A stretch of 60,617 nucleotides of DNA, the filler included, from Catajapyx aquilonaris (Eukaryota), in the NCBI GenBank assembly GCA_000934665.2. It is 4 parts of 4 records of this genome, joined end to end, with 100 filler letters (N's around TTAATTAATTAA, not from the genome) between each part and the next. Parts side by side here need not be neighbours in the genome. Positions count along the whole stretch, not along the records: positions 15,191 to 30,271 come from JYFJ02007609.1; positions 30,372 to 45,441 come from JYFJ02007610.1; 2 more parts are not named here. One strand, 5' to 3'. The notes beneath the pieces are model-generated. The model was given only the letters and a program-made list of their open reading frames with translations, was not told the DNA's origin and ran no database searches. A program made the position numbers and the translations under genes. Positions 15,327 through 31,383 of this stretch are shown here, piece by piece (within the stretch, counting starts at the first letter, position 1; every line of letters starts with the position of its first letter).

Positions 15327-17199
15327 TATTCGTAAAACATTTTGTACATGTGCCATTTTGCCCAAGTGAATAGTGACATACCTTCTGCGATCATTGCCTT
15401 CAGATTGACAGGAAAAGCTAGTGAAAATACAGTACTGGTACTGTACTCCTATAGTAGTTGTTCATATTCTTCACTCTGTCTACTTATTTATTTGAGATCA
15501 AGATCAGCTCAAGAAACCGCAAGAAACAGTGCAACATGAAATATAATTAAAATGTCATTATTTCAGATGCATGTGATGAAAACTCACACGAGGCGAACAA
15601 CCATGGCCACCAACGGACCGCGGAAGGGGTCTGCAGCTGCACCTTACCGCAGGAGGCCCAGCGCTTCCCAGCCAGCACAGTTGGATTATGCTTGCCAGAC
15701 ATGCGGGAAGGCTTTCGCCCTGCAGGGTCGATTGGATGACCATCAGCGTCTCCACACTGGGGAGAAACCCTTCCAGTGTGACGAGTGTCCTAAGGCCTAT
15801 GGGTCGAAATCCAGCCTCTGGTCTCATAGGCGCGTACATACCCAGTATTTGAGGCACGTGTGCCCCCACTGCGACATGGATTTCATGCATGGCGCCCAGG
15901 TCGACGCTCATGTCAAAAGGGTGCATAGGCGCGTGGAGTATGAGTGTCTGGTGTGCGGGGATAGATTTCAGAATGAGGAGCTTTACGCGAATCACGTGTG
16001 TGATCCGGAGAAGGAGAGATCCTTCGTGAATGCTTATGCAGCGTTCGGTGCTCCCGAATAGACCTGTCATTATCACTCAGGACTTGTTCAGTTGTTCTCT
16101 CACTCTGATAAGAAGAGGTCTGCATGAAAATTTTGGGGTAAAATCTTGATGTTCAGTTGCCAGCAGTGGTGTAAAGTGCAAGGTGCCTCTGGAACCAGAT
16201 CCATATTATTATAACGATGAAAAAATATTTCGAGGGAGATGGTGAACATTTTCTGGTCATTACTTTTGCCTGGACTGCAGTGGTGGAACTTCAGAGGGAT
16301 CTTGTTCTTTACTTATCACCATCTAGGCCTACCTACTTTTGTGATTTGCTATATTTTGAAGGAGAAAGGTGATGTGAGAGAGACGATTTTTAAAATGATT
16401 GCTTATGTTCTCTGCTGAGGTGTTTTTTGTTTTGGTTTTGTTCACATACATGTTGCGACCTTTTCTGTGGCGAGAGAATGACTCCGTTTTAATGTAGAAT
16501 GTTTTTTTTCTTTTTTTTGTGGTTTTTAAAAAAATGTTCAGCTTTTTGTAAGAACCATTTTGCATGAACAACTACGGTCCAGTCACATATTTTATTTTGA
16601 TGTCATGTTGCAAGGTAATAAAACTGTATTTTGTTGAATTCCACAAACTCCACACTGGAACTTGTTATAAGGAATAAATAGTGTATTGTACCAGTAAAGA
16701 TTCTTCCATTGCAATTAGCATTTATTTACTGAAGAGTAGGATACCAAAAAATTTCATAAATAAACATTTTATTGATACTGATAACATTTTTTGTTTCATT
16801 GTGAAGCAGTTTATTCGTGGAAATTCAATATGATGAATGATGATTGCCTGCCCCACCTCCCCATTCAGCCAGGTGGATTTCGGCCATAGTGACAGTTTTT
16901 ACCAAACCAGCTAGGGCTCAAAATACCGGAGAAAAGGTCATGGAAAATTGTTATGAGTATGTTAATGAGTCGATGTTTCAGTAAAATGATCCTCTCTAAT
17001 TAGTTACCAGTATTCGTAAAACATTTTGTACATGTGCCATTTTGCCCAAGTGAATAGTGACATACCTTCTGCGATCATTGCCTTCAGATTGACAGGGAAA
17101 GCAAGTGAAAATACAGTACCGGTACTGTACTCCTATAGTAGTTGTTCATATTCTTCACTGCACCCGTTCTTTACATTTCTGTCGACTTATTTATTTGAA
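15327..17199 (+). repeat. ~150-170 bp direct repeat pair (15327-15496 / 17011-17199)
   Basis: TATTCGTAAAACATTTTGTACATGTGCC...TTCATATTCTTCACT is near-identical in both copies. The second copy has a short insertion before CTGTCGACTTATTTATTTG. Confidence 0.9.
15567..16061 (+). CDS. Small C2H2 zinc-finger protein (3 C2H2 + 1 C2HC finger)
   Basis: Fingers: CQTCGKAFALQGRLDDHQRLH, TGEKPF linker, CDECPKAYGSKSSLWSHRRVH, CPHC..HVKRVH, CLVC..HVC. ATG at 15567 directly follows a TTTCAG acceptor-like site, so the start is uncertain (ORF track gives 15552). Confidence 0.85.
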   Translation: MHVMKTHTRRTTMATNGPRKGSAAAPYRRRPSASQPAQLDYACQTCGKAFALQGRLDDHQRLHTGEKPFQCDECPKAYGSKSSLWSHRRVHTQYLRHVCPHCDMDFMHGAQVDAHVKRVHRRVEYECLVCGDRFQNEELYANHVCDPEKERSFVNAYAAFGAPE

Positions 17200-18527
17200 A
17201 GGAATATTTAGGAGCAGGCAATTTTAACTTGGCACATGTTAACGACATTACTCTTAATCCCATCGTGTGCTGCAGTGTGATCTTACTTTGCTGATATCGT
17301 GCCTTTATGACAGGATCAAAGGATATGCCGTCTTATTCTATTCCGCCACAATTTCGATCAGAATTCAATTTCTGGAGCAGTTAAAAGGTCAACAGGGCGT
17401 CTAATCCTTGGTCTAATCTATTAATCTCCCTGTCAATAATGTCTAGTGCTTGGTCTAGTGGGTTTGAAATATATTTTCAGCATCACTACGATAGCAATGA
17501 CCATGGTGTAGATTCCGGTTTGGATGTACTCTGTGTTAGGCACAAACCCCGAAAACGGCCATTGGCAGAAATAAATGACCATACCTAGGTGTGGTGGCCT
17601 TTAAAATACCAGACAGTCTAGGTCAGGTTGTTTTCAAACCAGTCATTCCTCACAGTATGTTGCGTCACATTATATTACATGGGGACAGCAGGCTCCGGCT
17701 TCCACAGTTGGATATCAACAAGATCGACACTTCATGCTTCAACATGGAAAGCACGATGAATTTTCACTGCAGAACTATGTTTATTTACTATACATACGAG
17801 TACTTATAGCTCTATCTTATACTTCATTGGTTAAGTACCTCATCCCCTTATTAATCGACAACACTTTATGAGATGAGCATAAATGTGCTAACGAAAATGT
17901 ATGTTGTACAGGTTTAAATCACATTGCACTGTTAGAGTTAGAGCATAAAAATTATTTGGTCCTCTTCTTCAGACATAATAATGTTTTTCATTTCAATTGA
18001 AACAATGTGTACAGTGAAGTACTGATTGCATTAAAACATTCATACTGATTTTTGCATCCACAAATGGTAATTCGATTGACTACATTACCGTATATTTTTC
18101 TTCATTGAATGTACTGTACACATTATTTTTAAAAAGTTGTCGTTGATTTAATTTGCCACTAAGTGGTACACTACAACCACTCTAATTGATGTTTTGCCTC
18201 CACAAAAGCAAAAAGAATTGATATACTCGTATGTAGCCTAAGGGTCAGTTGCATGAAAGAAAAATTGGAAAAATCTCAAATAATGTACAGGTATTCACAA
18301 TACATAATTCATCATAACCATGAATGTTCTCGTTAATTTCTATCAATGTAATCGGTTATCAAATCATGACCTTCTGCACTACCAATGTTAGCGAGCCTGT
18401 GCCTCAAACAGCCGTGATCAGGGTCAACTTGATTATTATCAGTGTGCTTTATGCAATGTGACATAGTCCTTGACTTCTGATCAAGGCTTTCAGAGCCAGA
18501 CTATACAGACTTGCAAGACACTTCGTC

Positions 18528-21492
<2,965 letters not shown>

Positions 21493-22795
21493 GACGGTTT
21501 CCTTAGTGAATGCTACATGTGTTTCTAAACCAGACCTTGGAGGCCAAAGTAATGTCAACTATCATGTTCAAAGATTCATTGTACAGCCTGTAAATGTGAT
21601 TGCTTAGACAGGCTTCACTGGATTTGCATTTTACAGTACCAGATTATTTTATATAACAAATCAACACAAAGGTAAGGCTTTACCGGTTTATTCCTTTTTG
21701 TACATTAAAGCTGCCATATGGCACAAAATGATCCGAATGAAAATAATGAAAATATTATGTAATCGTATAAAAGTGATGAAAATATTAACCTTATAGAAGT
21801 GTTTCATCAAACTGCACCTTTAAAAACAGCCATTAAAAGCATGTATGTCATGGAAAGTCTTAATCTCACTAAATCCACAGACTCACCTCTTTGGCACAAT
21901 ATGAACATAAACACTTTCTCCTCACCTATTCCGAACTTTTCCAGATGAGCTGCTGGACTAAACTTCCCATGGCACGTGAAGGACCCAAAATGCCTCCTCT
22001 CCTTGATGATTTTGTGAAAGCAAGTTTGGCCAGAAAAAGTTTAGTCAGGCAGCTCATCTGAAGTCTCCAACATAACTTTTCCTGGTAAAACACGGCTTTA
22101 AATTGGCTTCTTGACATCTGGGCCTTCAGTCTTTCTTCCCCTACCCAATCGACCTTGGATCACGAACGTATTTGAAAGCAAATCCCCTGTGGACTTGCTT
22201 CCCCTCTGCAGGCGCTTTCAGTTCTTGGGATTGCCAGTGTCAGATTCTTCTTGAGATTCCTAAAATGTAAGTTATATAATGCAACAAGGTGCCAAGGCCA
22301 ACTTGGCCACTTGAAAGAAAATGGTGGGCAAAGACCAAATCCATGCTTCCAGGCATGCAACATCATGCCCAAAATGTCATGGGATTAACCAACAACCTTT
22401 GATACTGCTAGGACTGCAGGCAAATATTTTGGGACAATCCAGGAGGCTTATCGTAATTAGATGATACGGCAGTGAGAAAATAAGTGCCTCAATTGTACCA
22501 TAATTACTATCATGCAGAAAAAAACTCTTATTATTGATAATATGTAATACCATAATAAGAAATATAAAAATGGACTAGAGGGAGATTGTTTCATCATACC
22601 TTGACATGATCACTCGGATGCTCCTTGTCCTCGTGAAGTTTCAGTTCTGCCTCTGAAGCAAACACTATTGTGCACAACTTGCAGAGTATGAGTTTCTTCA
22701 CCAAGAGAAATGGAGTCCTTGCCTGTAAAAAGCAATAATAGAACTGCAACAATCATGAACCTATTTTCCTTTGATATTTGTAACAATACATGTAC

Positions 22796-23226
22796 AGTGG
22801 GTTCTACACAGTCGATCCGACTCCGACTCTCTGACTCGGAGACATCGGACACCCTGTTCAGACAGAGGTCTGCTGTTCGATGTCCGATGTACAATGTTCC
22901 ATGTTCGAAGGTGGCAGGACAAGTTTTTGTGAATGGGGGTGGAGGGTGGGGGCAAAGTTTGTGTACATGGAGGTGAAGGTTGTGTGGGGGGCAATGAGTT
23001 CGACTAGAAGACCCCACTAGCCAATCAGAGAGCAGGGATTAGTCGAACAGTGATTCACAGAGTCAATCTGATGTCTTGCCCTGCCCACTCTCCTGTCTCC
23101 GATCCGCCTAGGTGACTTGAGCTAGCCTCCCTGGCTACGACGTCATATCTGACATGGAATGCCATTTACACAGTAGGTTCGATGGTCAAATCGAGTCGGA
23201 GTCGGATCGACTGTGTCGAGCCCACT
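22796..23226. mobile_element. MITE with ~34-bp TIRs
   Basis: Left AGTGGGTTCTACACAGTCGATCCGACTCCGACTC; right GAGTCGGAGTCGGATCGACTGTGTCGAGCCCACT. Confidence 0.8.
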
Positions 23227-24954
23227 TTAGCTTTGACGTGTCTTCTGAATAATTTGATTTCATGCCAACTGAACAATCTGCATTGAAATACAATAATTTA
23301 TTCTGGTTCAGCAGGATCAATATTATCAAAACTTGACATCATGATATGAAATTTTTGCATGCGACACACTTGTGCTTTGCGCACATTCACTAGTACGATC
23401 CAAATGTACCTTGGCCAGGTCAGACTGGTGTTTTTCCAATATGTGTTCTTCACACCTCTTCTTAGTCTTAAATACCATCATATCACAACGTATACAGACA
23501 GGTACTTTCCGTAGCACGGCAGAGGGATTTTTTGCCTGGAAAAAAAAAAATCATACATAAGGACAGCATAAAGAAAATGACAGGGCAGGTAACATTTGAA
23601 ACCATTTGAACATAACTGCTTCATAATAAGCAGCATAGCGATAAAAATCACTAACGACTCTGGATTTGAAACGCACTGACATACAGTAATTGACAAAAAT
23701 ACAGTGTGTGCCAATTCCACAGTGGTCCAGAGTCAACTCTCACAGATTTGCATGAAACTGGCACAGTAGGTGTATCACTGGTGATGGGAGCAATTTTTTG
23801 CTCCCACCACAAGTTGGCAAAGGCATATTCTTGATTTGCATCAAAAGTTGTGGTCATTGCATTATGTCAAGAAGGGCACAGGGCAAAAGTGTACACTGAA
23901 GTGTGTACCGTTGCTTTTGGGTGGTTTCGGGTCAATTTTGAATGGTTTCTTCACAAAAGTGTACACCTGTTTCCGGTATTTTCTTATTTGCATTGAAAGT
24001 TATAGTCATTGTGTCATGCAGATAAGAGCCATGTAATGCCAATCTTACAAATGAAGGGAACAGTGCATTGGCATTATTGATGTATATGAAGCTATGTATA
24101 TGAGAAGTAATGAAAAAAAAATCATATTTTGACACTGCTTAAAGAAACTTGCAATATTGTGTTCTAGGCGCTGAGGCAACAAAATGTGCAGAAAAAATGA
24201 ACAAAGGTTAGTACACTACTGGACAAAATTGCATTCCCTAGCAGGGTTTTTTTACAGTGTGGCTGGGGCTGGTGTTGATGGTGTGGTCATCTGGTAACCA
24301 CTACCTCCGGGAGGAAGAGGAGGGTGAATTCAAACAGTCAGCCCATAAAGCACGCTTACTGTGTTACCGGTGCTTTTAGGAACGTCCTCTATGATTTTGT
24401 CCCTTGCACTTCCTCAGAGAGCTTTATTTTTCTTGGCTGGCTCAGAATCTCAAAACTAACAGAACATCCACACTACATGAACCTTGCTTCATCAGCATTA
24501 ACTAGATTCAAGCATACCTCCCGCTGTATGATCTGGTGTCCTTTTAAATGCTGTCCCAGATCCTCCAGCGTTGCAAATACCGCCTTACAGTAATTGCAGA
24601 CGTAGCGTGGATTAGAGCTGACGTGAGCAGCCTTGGCCTGTAATAAACAGTGACTATTAGAACATCGTTTGCGCACGGCATTATCTTCAAATTACATGCA
24701 TGCAGTGAACTATTTGACATCTGACACAGTCAACATGAAATATGGACAGTTTAAGCTATTACCGATAACCCCAATTTTTTTTTGAACTTCCTCCAGTCCA
24801 GAGAAAAATGTACAGCAAAATTCACCTCAACATCAATATACTTGGTTGCCAAAACCTTGAGTTTCACTGCTAATGGGCCCTGTGCTCATTGCAGTGCCAT
24901 TTATTAGTGTTCATTGGTAGTGGAAGGCATCCCTTGAAAGTTTTGAACCTGGTA

Positions 24955-25116
24955 CAGTGCTGGCCATATATCGAGGCAACCGCCAGCGACATTTTTCCGA
25001 AGCGGCAGAAGAAGGTATCGAAGATAAGCATGCTACAAGCCGGGTGAGCAAGATTCCTTCTTCTGCCGCTTCGGAAAAATGTCGCTGGCAGTTGCCTCGA
25101 CATATGGCCAGTACTG
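24955..25116. mobile_element. Fold-back MITE (Tc1/mariner-like ends, TA flanks)
   Basis: CAGTGCTGGCCATATATCGAGGCAAC...GAAGAAGG pairs with CCTTCTTC...GTTGCCTCGACATATGGCCAGTACTG; arms ~60 bp. Confidence 0.85.
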
Positions 25117-25447
25117 TACATACATTGCAACTCCTTTTGAATTTGGATGTAGCCTTCAATATGCTCCCATACTCCTAATACAATTTGCAGTTGATGCGAT
25201 TAAAAGACGCTCTATCCGGATCACCCACCTTGACTTTGCGTGGTGTGACATAATTTTTGCGAGCCACCTTCATCCTTCTTTCCTTACGCGAGGTACACTT
25301 CTCCACTTCTTATCGAAAGATGGAACTTGACTAGTGCCCACCACTACTTCCTGCCCTGCTGTTATTCCCCAGTGGCTCCCTTCCTTATGCCACAGGAAGC
25401 TGCAAATGAAATATATTCATAAGTCAAAATAGCCATATATAAATTAA

Positions 25448-25572
25448 GGTGCGTTTACATGTGAGCGATTTGATTGCGCGATGTAACCAATACTGTTTGA
25501 GGCAAATATCGATTGTTAATTTCAGCCTCGGCGACGATTTCACTCGTCAAGTCGCTCACATGTAAACGCCGC
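25448..25572. mobile_element. PIF/Harbinger-like MITE
   Basis: TIRs GCGTTTACATGTGAGCGA / TCGCTCACATGTAAACGC with TAA-type flanks. Confidence 0.7.
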
Positions 25573-26099
25573 TTTAATCACAGTACTCATACAAGAGGGC
25601 CATAACCAGTGTCGTTAGCGCCCAACGTTACACTGCTCATATGCTCAATCTGCAGTTATTACGACGCCATCGCAACCGTATTTTCAGCAACGGTGCACTG
25701 TAAACGGCACCTTTAGTTCTAAGCAGCAACCAACAGCCAAGCCCAGGCAATACACCAATTCAATGCTACAAAAAAATAAAAAACCCAATGGAAAGTACAT
25801 GCAACACCCAACCATAAGCCAGGCGAACAAGTACGCCGCTTCTCATACGACACGGAATGAAGAACAAGCTTCCATGCCCCAGCATTCCAACCTGGCATTG
25901 TCAGGCTACTTACCAATATTTGCGCCTCATCAGACAGTCCTAGTAAAAAAAAAAAAACTTTGCCAAAAAAAGTACTCGAAATGTTGTTCGAATTCGAACC
26001 CTCTTTTTTCTCTGTAAATCTGGCACAGTTTGTACACCAATTTTTTTGTCACATTTGACCCTGCCTTTGACCCCCATATTTTCCCTTCAATTACCTCTG

Positions 26100-26400
26100 C
26101 GTCCCTCTAGTCCCAACGCCCAACGCTTCTATCACCGACTAAAAAAGAGGCCGCAAAATCAGTGGAACGCAACTAGTCCGCCATGATTCTTTTTGCCGTC
26201 ACTTCAAGCCAAGATGGCCGACAAAATGAATATTAAAGAGCCGTTAAAATTATTTAAAAATGTGTACATTTTGTACAAATCGATTTAAAATTATGGGGGA
26301 AAAAACCGGGTTTGTTAAAATTTGTACGGTTTAAATTCGGTTTATAAAAAAATAATCAGCGAGAGAGCCTGCCATCTGGCGAGCTATTTTCAAAGAGTGA
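26100..26400. promoter_or_regulatory. Possible divergent promoter between the zinc-finger locus (-) and the caspase (+)
   Basis: YY1-like CAAGATGGCCG (~26210), CCGCCATG and GCCATCTGGC motifs between divergently oriented loci. Motif evidence only. Confidence 0.3.
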
Positions 26401-27647
26401 TAAGTTTTGCAAAAGTTGTTTTTGGCCACGTTTTTGTGGGTTTATGCAACATGCAGGTTAGCTAAATTAATTTACATTATTTGTGGCACTATAACCGTCA
26501 TAAAAATTGGGGGGATTACTATAGTACAGTACAACTTATTGGCAAAAATAAATTATGAAAGTTGTGTACTCCGCATGTGAGCATGTGGCTGGATTTAATT
26601 AATTAATTAATTATTAATTATTGCAGAGGAGTGGGGAGTCCAACGCAACAGCTGCTGGGTCGCCATGGACTGCTGCATTGTTACGAGGCTTATCCGGACT
26701 GTGCTGCGGGATCAGGAGTCAGTGGAGAGTTTCCGTGCATGTTGGTGATGGGGAACGACTAACACTTTTGTTGCCACAGTGCAGCACTTTGCATTTCCCT
26801 ATGGTATGGTCGTGGTGTCGTAGCTAGGGATGCATGGTGATTACGGTGGGTTGGTGGACGGAAGGACGTATGGCAACCAATTGTCAAAAGTCTACCATAT
26901 GTGCCGTCGTTAGGTGAAATCCGGTTGGAAATATACTGCCAATGATGGTGCAATCGTCACTGAAAAGTTGTGTTCAATTGAGATACGTCCATCTTCCATT
27001 GACCCACTGAATTTTAGGGCATGCGCTTGTACTTATTGCAGTCACAATAATTGCCTAAATAACCTCAAAACCCTATGGAAACCTCCTTGTCTCTGAACAT
27101 TAGTCACTGAAGTGATATATTCAATTTTTGTTTACTCTTGCTCCTGATCCTTTTCTAACGATGCAGCTACATTTTGCTGAGGACTGGATGATGTGGTGGA
27201 ATATAGTGGGAGGATAAAGCAATGTGGCTTTAATCAATGGAGTACCCAGTAACAAATGTTCAGTGAATGTTGACAGTCCTACCATTGAAAGCATGACAAA
27301 CTGATCTGTCAGCTTATCACCCAAGCAAATTTTAAAGGTGGCGGTGGTGCACATGTGCATGCAGACTGCCTGGGATGCAGGCGTAGGACCATTATTATTT
27401 ATGTGAATAAACCTAATGCACCATTAGTTCACAGTGATGCTGAAATTGCCAAAATTAACAAGCCATTTTTTATTGGAACATGGGAATGAACCTACATCCG
27501 AGTGCTGCAAACCATTTAGGGCCATCCTGTGGGATGCTTTCTAGAAAGCATGTACAGTCGCAAGCATAAAGATGTGGATGGTAGACACATATTTATGCTT
27601 GCGACTGGACTTTATACGGCATGACCTAATGCCTCATTACATCACAG

Positions 27648-30271
27648 GATGTGGAGATGAGACTGAACTAACGTCTGGTGTTGGAGACGACACATCAAAT
27701 GGTGGGAGTGAGAACGAGCTTCAGTATGAGGTCCTCATGAAGAACAAAATTTCATATCAGATGCGACCATTGAGCTTCCCATGTCAGAAGCGTGGAAAAG
27801 CTCTGCTATTTAACCATTTCTTTGAGGGTCATGGAGCATTACCGGCGAGGGATGGCACTGACCTAGATGAGAGAAACCTCCGCAAGCTCTTCACTCAGAT
27901 GAGACTCCATGTGGATGTCATAAAGGATGCCAATTTCAGTACCATCAGGAAAAAATTGTTTGCAGGTGATGTAATGGATGTCATTAACCTATCTGAAATA
28001 CATTTGAATCCGGATATAATAGCCTAGGCTAACAGATTCTTGGTCATAACAGGTTACTCGAAAGGCCGCTGCCTGTCCCAGCATACTTCCATAAGGCCCT
28101 GTGTATGATATGACAGACTCATTTTTCACCTCACCTCCAGCTGACTTTTGCTGTGTTGAAACTGGCAGGCTCGCTGGCAGGGCAGATATGACATCACGAA
28201 ACTGTAAAGACGCCGTACCCATTAACTATGTAACGGCACCCAAAACTAATTGCACATCCATAATCTAGGCTATATTAGTTTTGCAAGCGCAGGTACTCCT
28301 CGTTTTACTCTGGGGATTGGTTCCAGCAAAATGTGTCATCTATAGTACGGTATTTAAAGGCTTGCGATGTGTGTATAAGCCCTCTCATTGGTCCGCCCCT
28401 ATGTTGTTGTGACCACCAAGTTCCAATTGGCCCCCGGCCATTGTTACTGCGATGCATTGTTACCATGATGCCTCTGATTGGCCCCCGTTCTGAGCATGCG
28501 CAATGGGGGTGGTGGAACGCCTCAGTAGCTGTCTGACTTCCGACGAGTAAACAACACAAGTCAGTCACTCCCGTTTACCAGCTCAACTCCTCTCCCTGTT
28601 CCACCCACACCGGCATCGGCACTCCCTTACCATCCAGTCCCCCCTCCTTCTTGTTCCACCCGACCATCCCCCCCGCTCACATCCCCAACTACCCGACCCC
28701 ACATTCTAAACATCAACAACAAAATAATAGAACATCGGTTCAATGAAGAAAAAAACCTGTGAAAAAACCAATAGAACGTCGCACGTTGCAACTAAAGAGG
28801 TCACAGAACAAAACATAATAGAAAAGGATGGGATCGTTGTTGGATCCATATCTTCTTTGGCAAGAACTGCAGTACACATAGTACATTGTAACAACGAGTA
28901 CAGTGCCTTGGAGAGTGCAGATATCAACAATACAGTACTACTGTACATATATAGCTATAATACCCTGCCCCACTGCGCAACGAAGAATAAAAGACGCGAA
29001 GGGCCTATAATTTAGTGTGTTTCGATTCAGAAGGACTGCAGTGATGTGTGTATGTGTAGATTGTTTTGTTATTGTTACATTTTCAAATTTTTTAAAGAGT
29101 AAAACTGGCATTAATGTGAAAAGGCATAAAACAGTTCTTGATAAAACGAAGAGGGATAAAACAAGGAGTACCTGTATACTATCAGGCTACATGGCGAATT
29201 TGCGCGAGAATCTCTTCACCCTGTGTGTATGCGTAGGTTAGCATCAGTGAAAGGCATCCATATTAATTTTATGCAATAATTCCTTTGCTTCACAGTGTCA
29301 TCAGATGACCACTCCAAGTATGACCTTCTGGTTGTTGTAGTCTTGACACATGGCTCGGAAGAGAAATTGNTGAGTGCAAATGATTGCTTCTATGACCCAA
29401 AGGAACTGTGGCTACCATTTACAGACGAGGGGTGCCCTTCCTTGGCAGGAAAACCTAAACTGTTTATCATACAGGTAAACTACAAAAGAGTGTAGCTGTA
29501 CTACTTTTGCAGAGCATCTTTAATGCATGCTATTTTTTTGGTACAATTATTGAACCAATAGAGTACAAGATTTCAGAGCTTTTACCTGGGGATATCATAT
29601 ATTGCACTTGTATTTTACAGATAATCATTTCCTACGCGTAATAACATGTAATGATAGGAACTGGACCGACCCAAATGACTCCACCCTGGATTTTTAAACT
29701 CCATGACTTCAATTGACTGATGCTGGGTATTGAAAGAATTGGCAAAGTAATCATTGTTCATGGAGTTCCTGAGTATCTTGCTTACCACTCATTCAATTTT
29801 AGCAGCTAAATATTTCATGCCATGAAAGTCTATATAATTATAATCAATGATTTTTCTTGCAGGCTTGTCGTGGGCCACATACTGATCAAGGACAGGCAGT
29901 GGCTTTCTCAAACCCTAGTGGAGAGCGAGGTAAAGGAACTGACCAGCGTAAACACATGGGCACCGTGAATATTCAAACATACAGCAATGGAGTTGATACC
30001 TCGTTGCAAAGATTGACTGATCCAGACATACACTTGGCCCTTGCAACTGGTTTTGGATGCACATCATTTCGTAGTCCTGGAATGGGTAGCATCTTTGTGC
30101 ACGAGCTTTGCAGGATCATGCGAGTGCGCAATGGTACTGAGGAATACCAGAAGATGATGACGGACATCAGCAGGAACATTTCTCTCAAGTTTGTGGCCAC
30201 ATCCTCGTATCAAGATGTTCACGGAGGGAAGGCAGTTCCTAGCTCACAGTCAACTTTGCTCAAGGACCTGT
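27648..30271 (+). CDS. Caspase (peptidase C14A), effector-like; 5' exons undefined, 3' end lost in gap
   Basis: Exons 27648-27965 (RGKALLFNH..RDGTDLDERNL), 29296-29474 (VVVLTHG..CPSLAGKPKLFIIQ) and 29863-30271 (ACRG..SFRSPGMGSIFVHELC..STLLKDL). Splicing rebuilds catalytic QACRG and the phases are consistent. Confidence 0.93.
28290..29174. mobile_element. pogo/Tigger-like non-autonomous element in a caspase intron
   Basis: TIRs CAGGTACTCCTCGTTTTA / TAAAACAAGGAGTACCTG followed by TA. Confidence 0.7.
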
Positions 30272-30371
30272 NNNNNNNNNNNNNNNNNNNNNNNNNNNNN
30301 NNNNNNNNNNNNNNNTTAATTAATTAANNNNNNNNNNNNNNNNNNNNNNNNNNNNNNNNNNNNNNNNNNNN
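30272..30371. other. Assembly gap with TTAATTAATTAA spacer
   Basis: N run with linker. Confidence 0.95.
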
Positions 30372-31383
30372 AGTACAAGGCCCTGCCACACTTCTCCTGT
30401 GGCGCGGGGGAGCGCCCGTCTGTGATTGGCCGGATAGAAGAGCCATGTTCCTCTGGCCAGACGATTGTCTCTCTCCGGCCCAAAAATCCCCAAGCTTTTT
30501 TTGCCCCGGGGCGGCCCCTCCACTCCAACCGTGTCCACCACCAGCTCCCTGGCGTCCTGTTCCCCCTCTCCTCCCCTGCTCGCCCTTTTCTCCAGCCATC
30601 TTCCACTCCTACTCCTTGCTTTTCCTGGAGCGACTCTGCCCCACTGCCGCTACACCTTATAGCAGCTACGCTTTTTTCGGCTTCTGCAATGAAATTGTGC
30701 GTTAGCGAACTTTAGCGTCACCAATCTCACCATGGTTGCGAAAAACATGTAAACACATAAATCCATGGTCCTCAAATATCCCAGTACACTTAACCGTAAT
30801 GGATCAAACCATATTGCCTGGAGAGCTGGAGGCGGGTAACTATTCAAGTTTTGAAAGGCGATATGAATAACAACTTAATGTATGGAGATTGTCACCCTGG
30901 TGAGTGGTGTCTGGTCGCTGTTCCTACTCCTACACCACAGACCACACAGTATTCAATGTTTGATACTACAACTAGTTACATAGTTGCCAAAAAGGGTTAG
31001 GTAATGGGATAAAAGGATATATATGGGTAAGGGGTTTATGTGTAGGGAGAGACCGGTCCGGGATATTGTCCGGAGTCGGTCCCGACCAGTCCCCGGAGAG
31101 TTCATCCGGAAAAAGGCATCGACAGGGGTCATGGATTGGCTTTTATAGTAACGGGGAGCAATGACACAAATTGGCACACTGAACACTGACATTGAACCAC
31201 CGACAAACATACGCAAAGATTGTAACACAATTCACACACACTTTGCACACGTATATGAAGACATGTACCCTTGCATGTACCACAACGTAACACATAGGGT
31301 CTAATAATAATAAAAATGATGATGATTATGATGATGATGATTATTATGTACGTGGCAATGTCTGCAAAATCCGCGATAAAAAA

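Larger units (their letters stand above)
15287..18162. repeat. 41-bp inverted repeat pair (15287-15327 / 18122-18162) bracketing the zinc-finger gene
   Basis: TTAGTGGCAAATTAAATCAGTGACAACTTTTTAAAAATAAT matches the reverse complement of 18122-18162 at 39/41 positions. Confidence 0.8.
21926..25930 (-). pseudogene. Decayed multi-exon C2H2 zinc-finger locus
   Basis: Minus-strand fingers CNYCKAVFATLEDLGQHLKGH (~24530-24600) and CIRCDMMVFKTKKRCEEHILEKH (~23430-23500), plus a CNVC finger split by a MITE near 25117. Minus-strand splice-like sites near 25910, 25400, 23537, 22599, 22260 and 21925. The frames I read contain stops or frameshifts. Boundaries are approximate. Confidence 0.45.

Noticed and set aside
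15558..16076. 172-aa minus-strand ORF
   Set aside because: Antisense shadow of the zinc-finger CDS.
26621..27380. Candidate upstream caspase exons
   Set aside because: Splice-like sites exist, but the frames I read hit stops and show no CARD/DED similarity.
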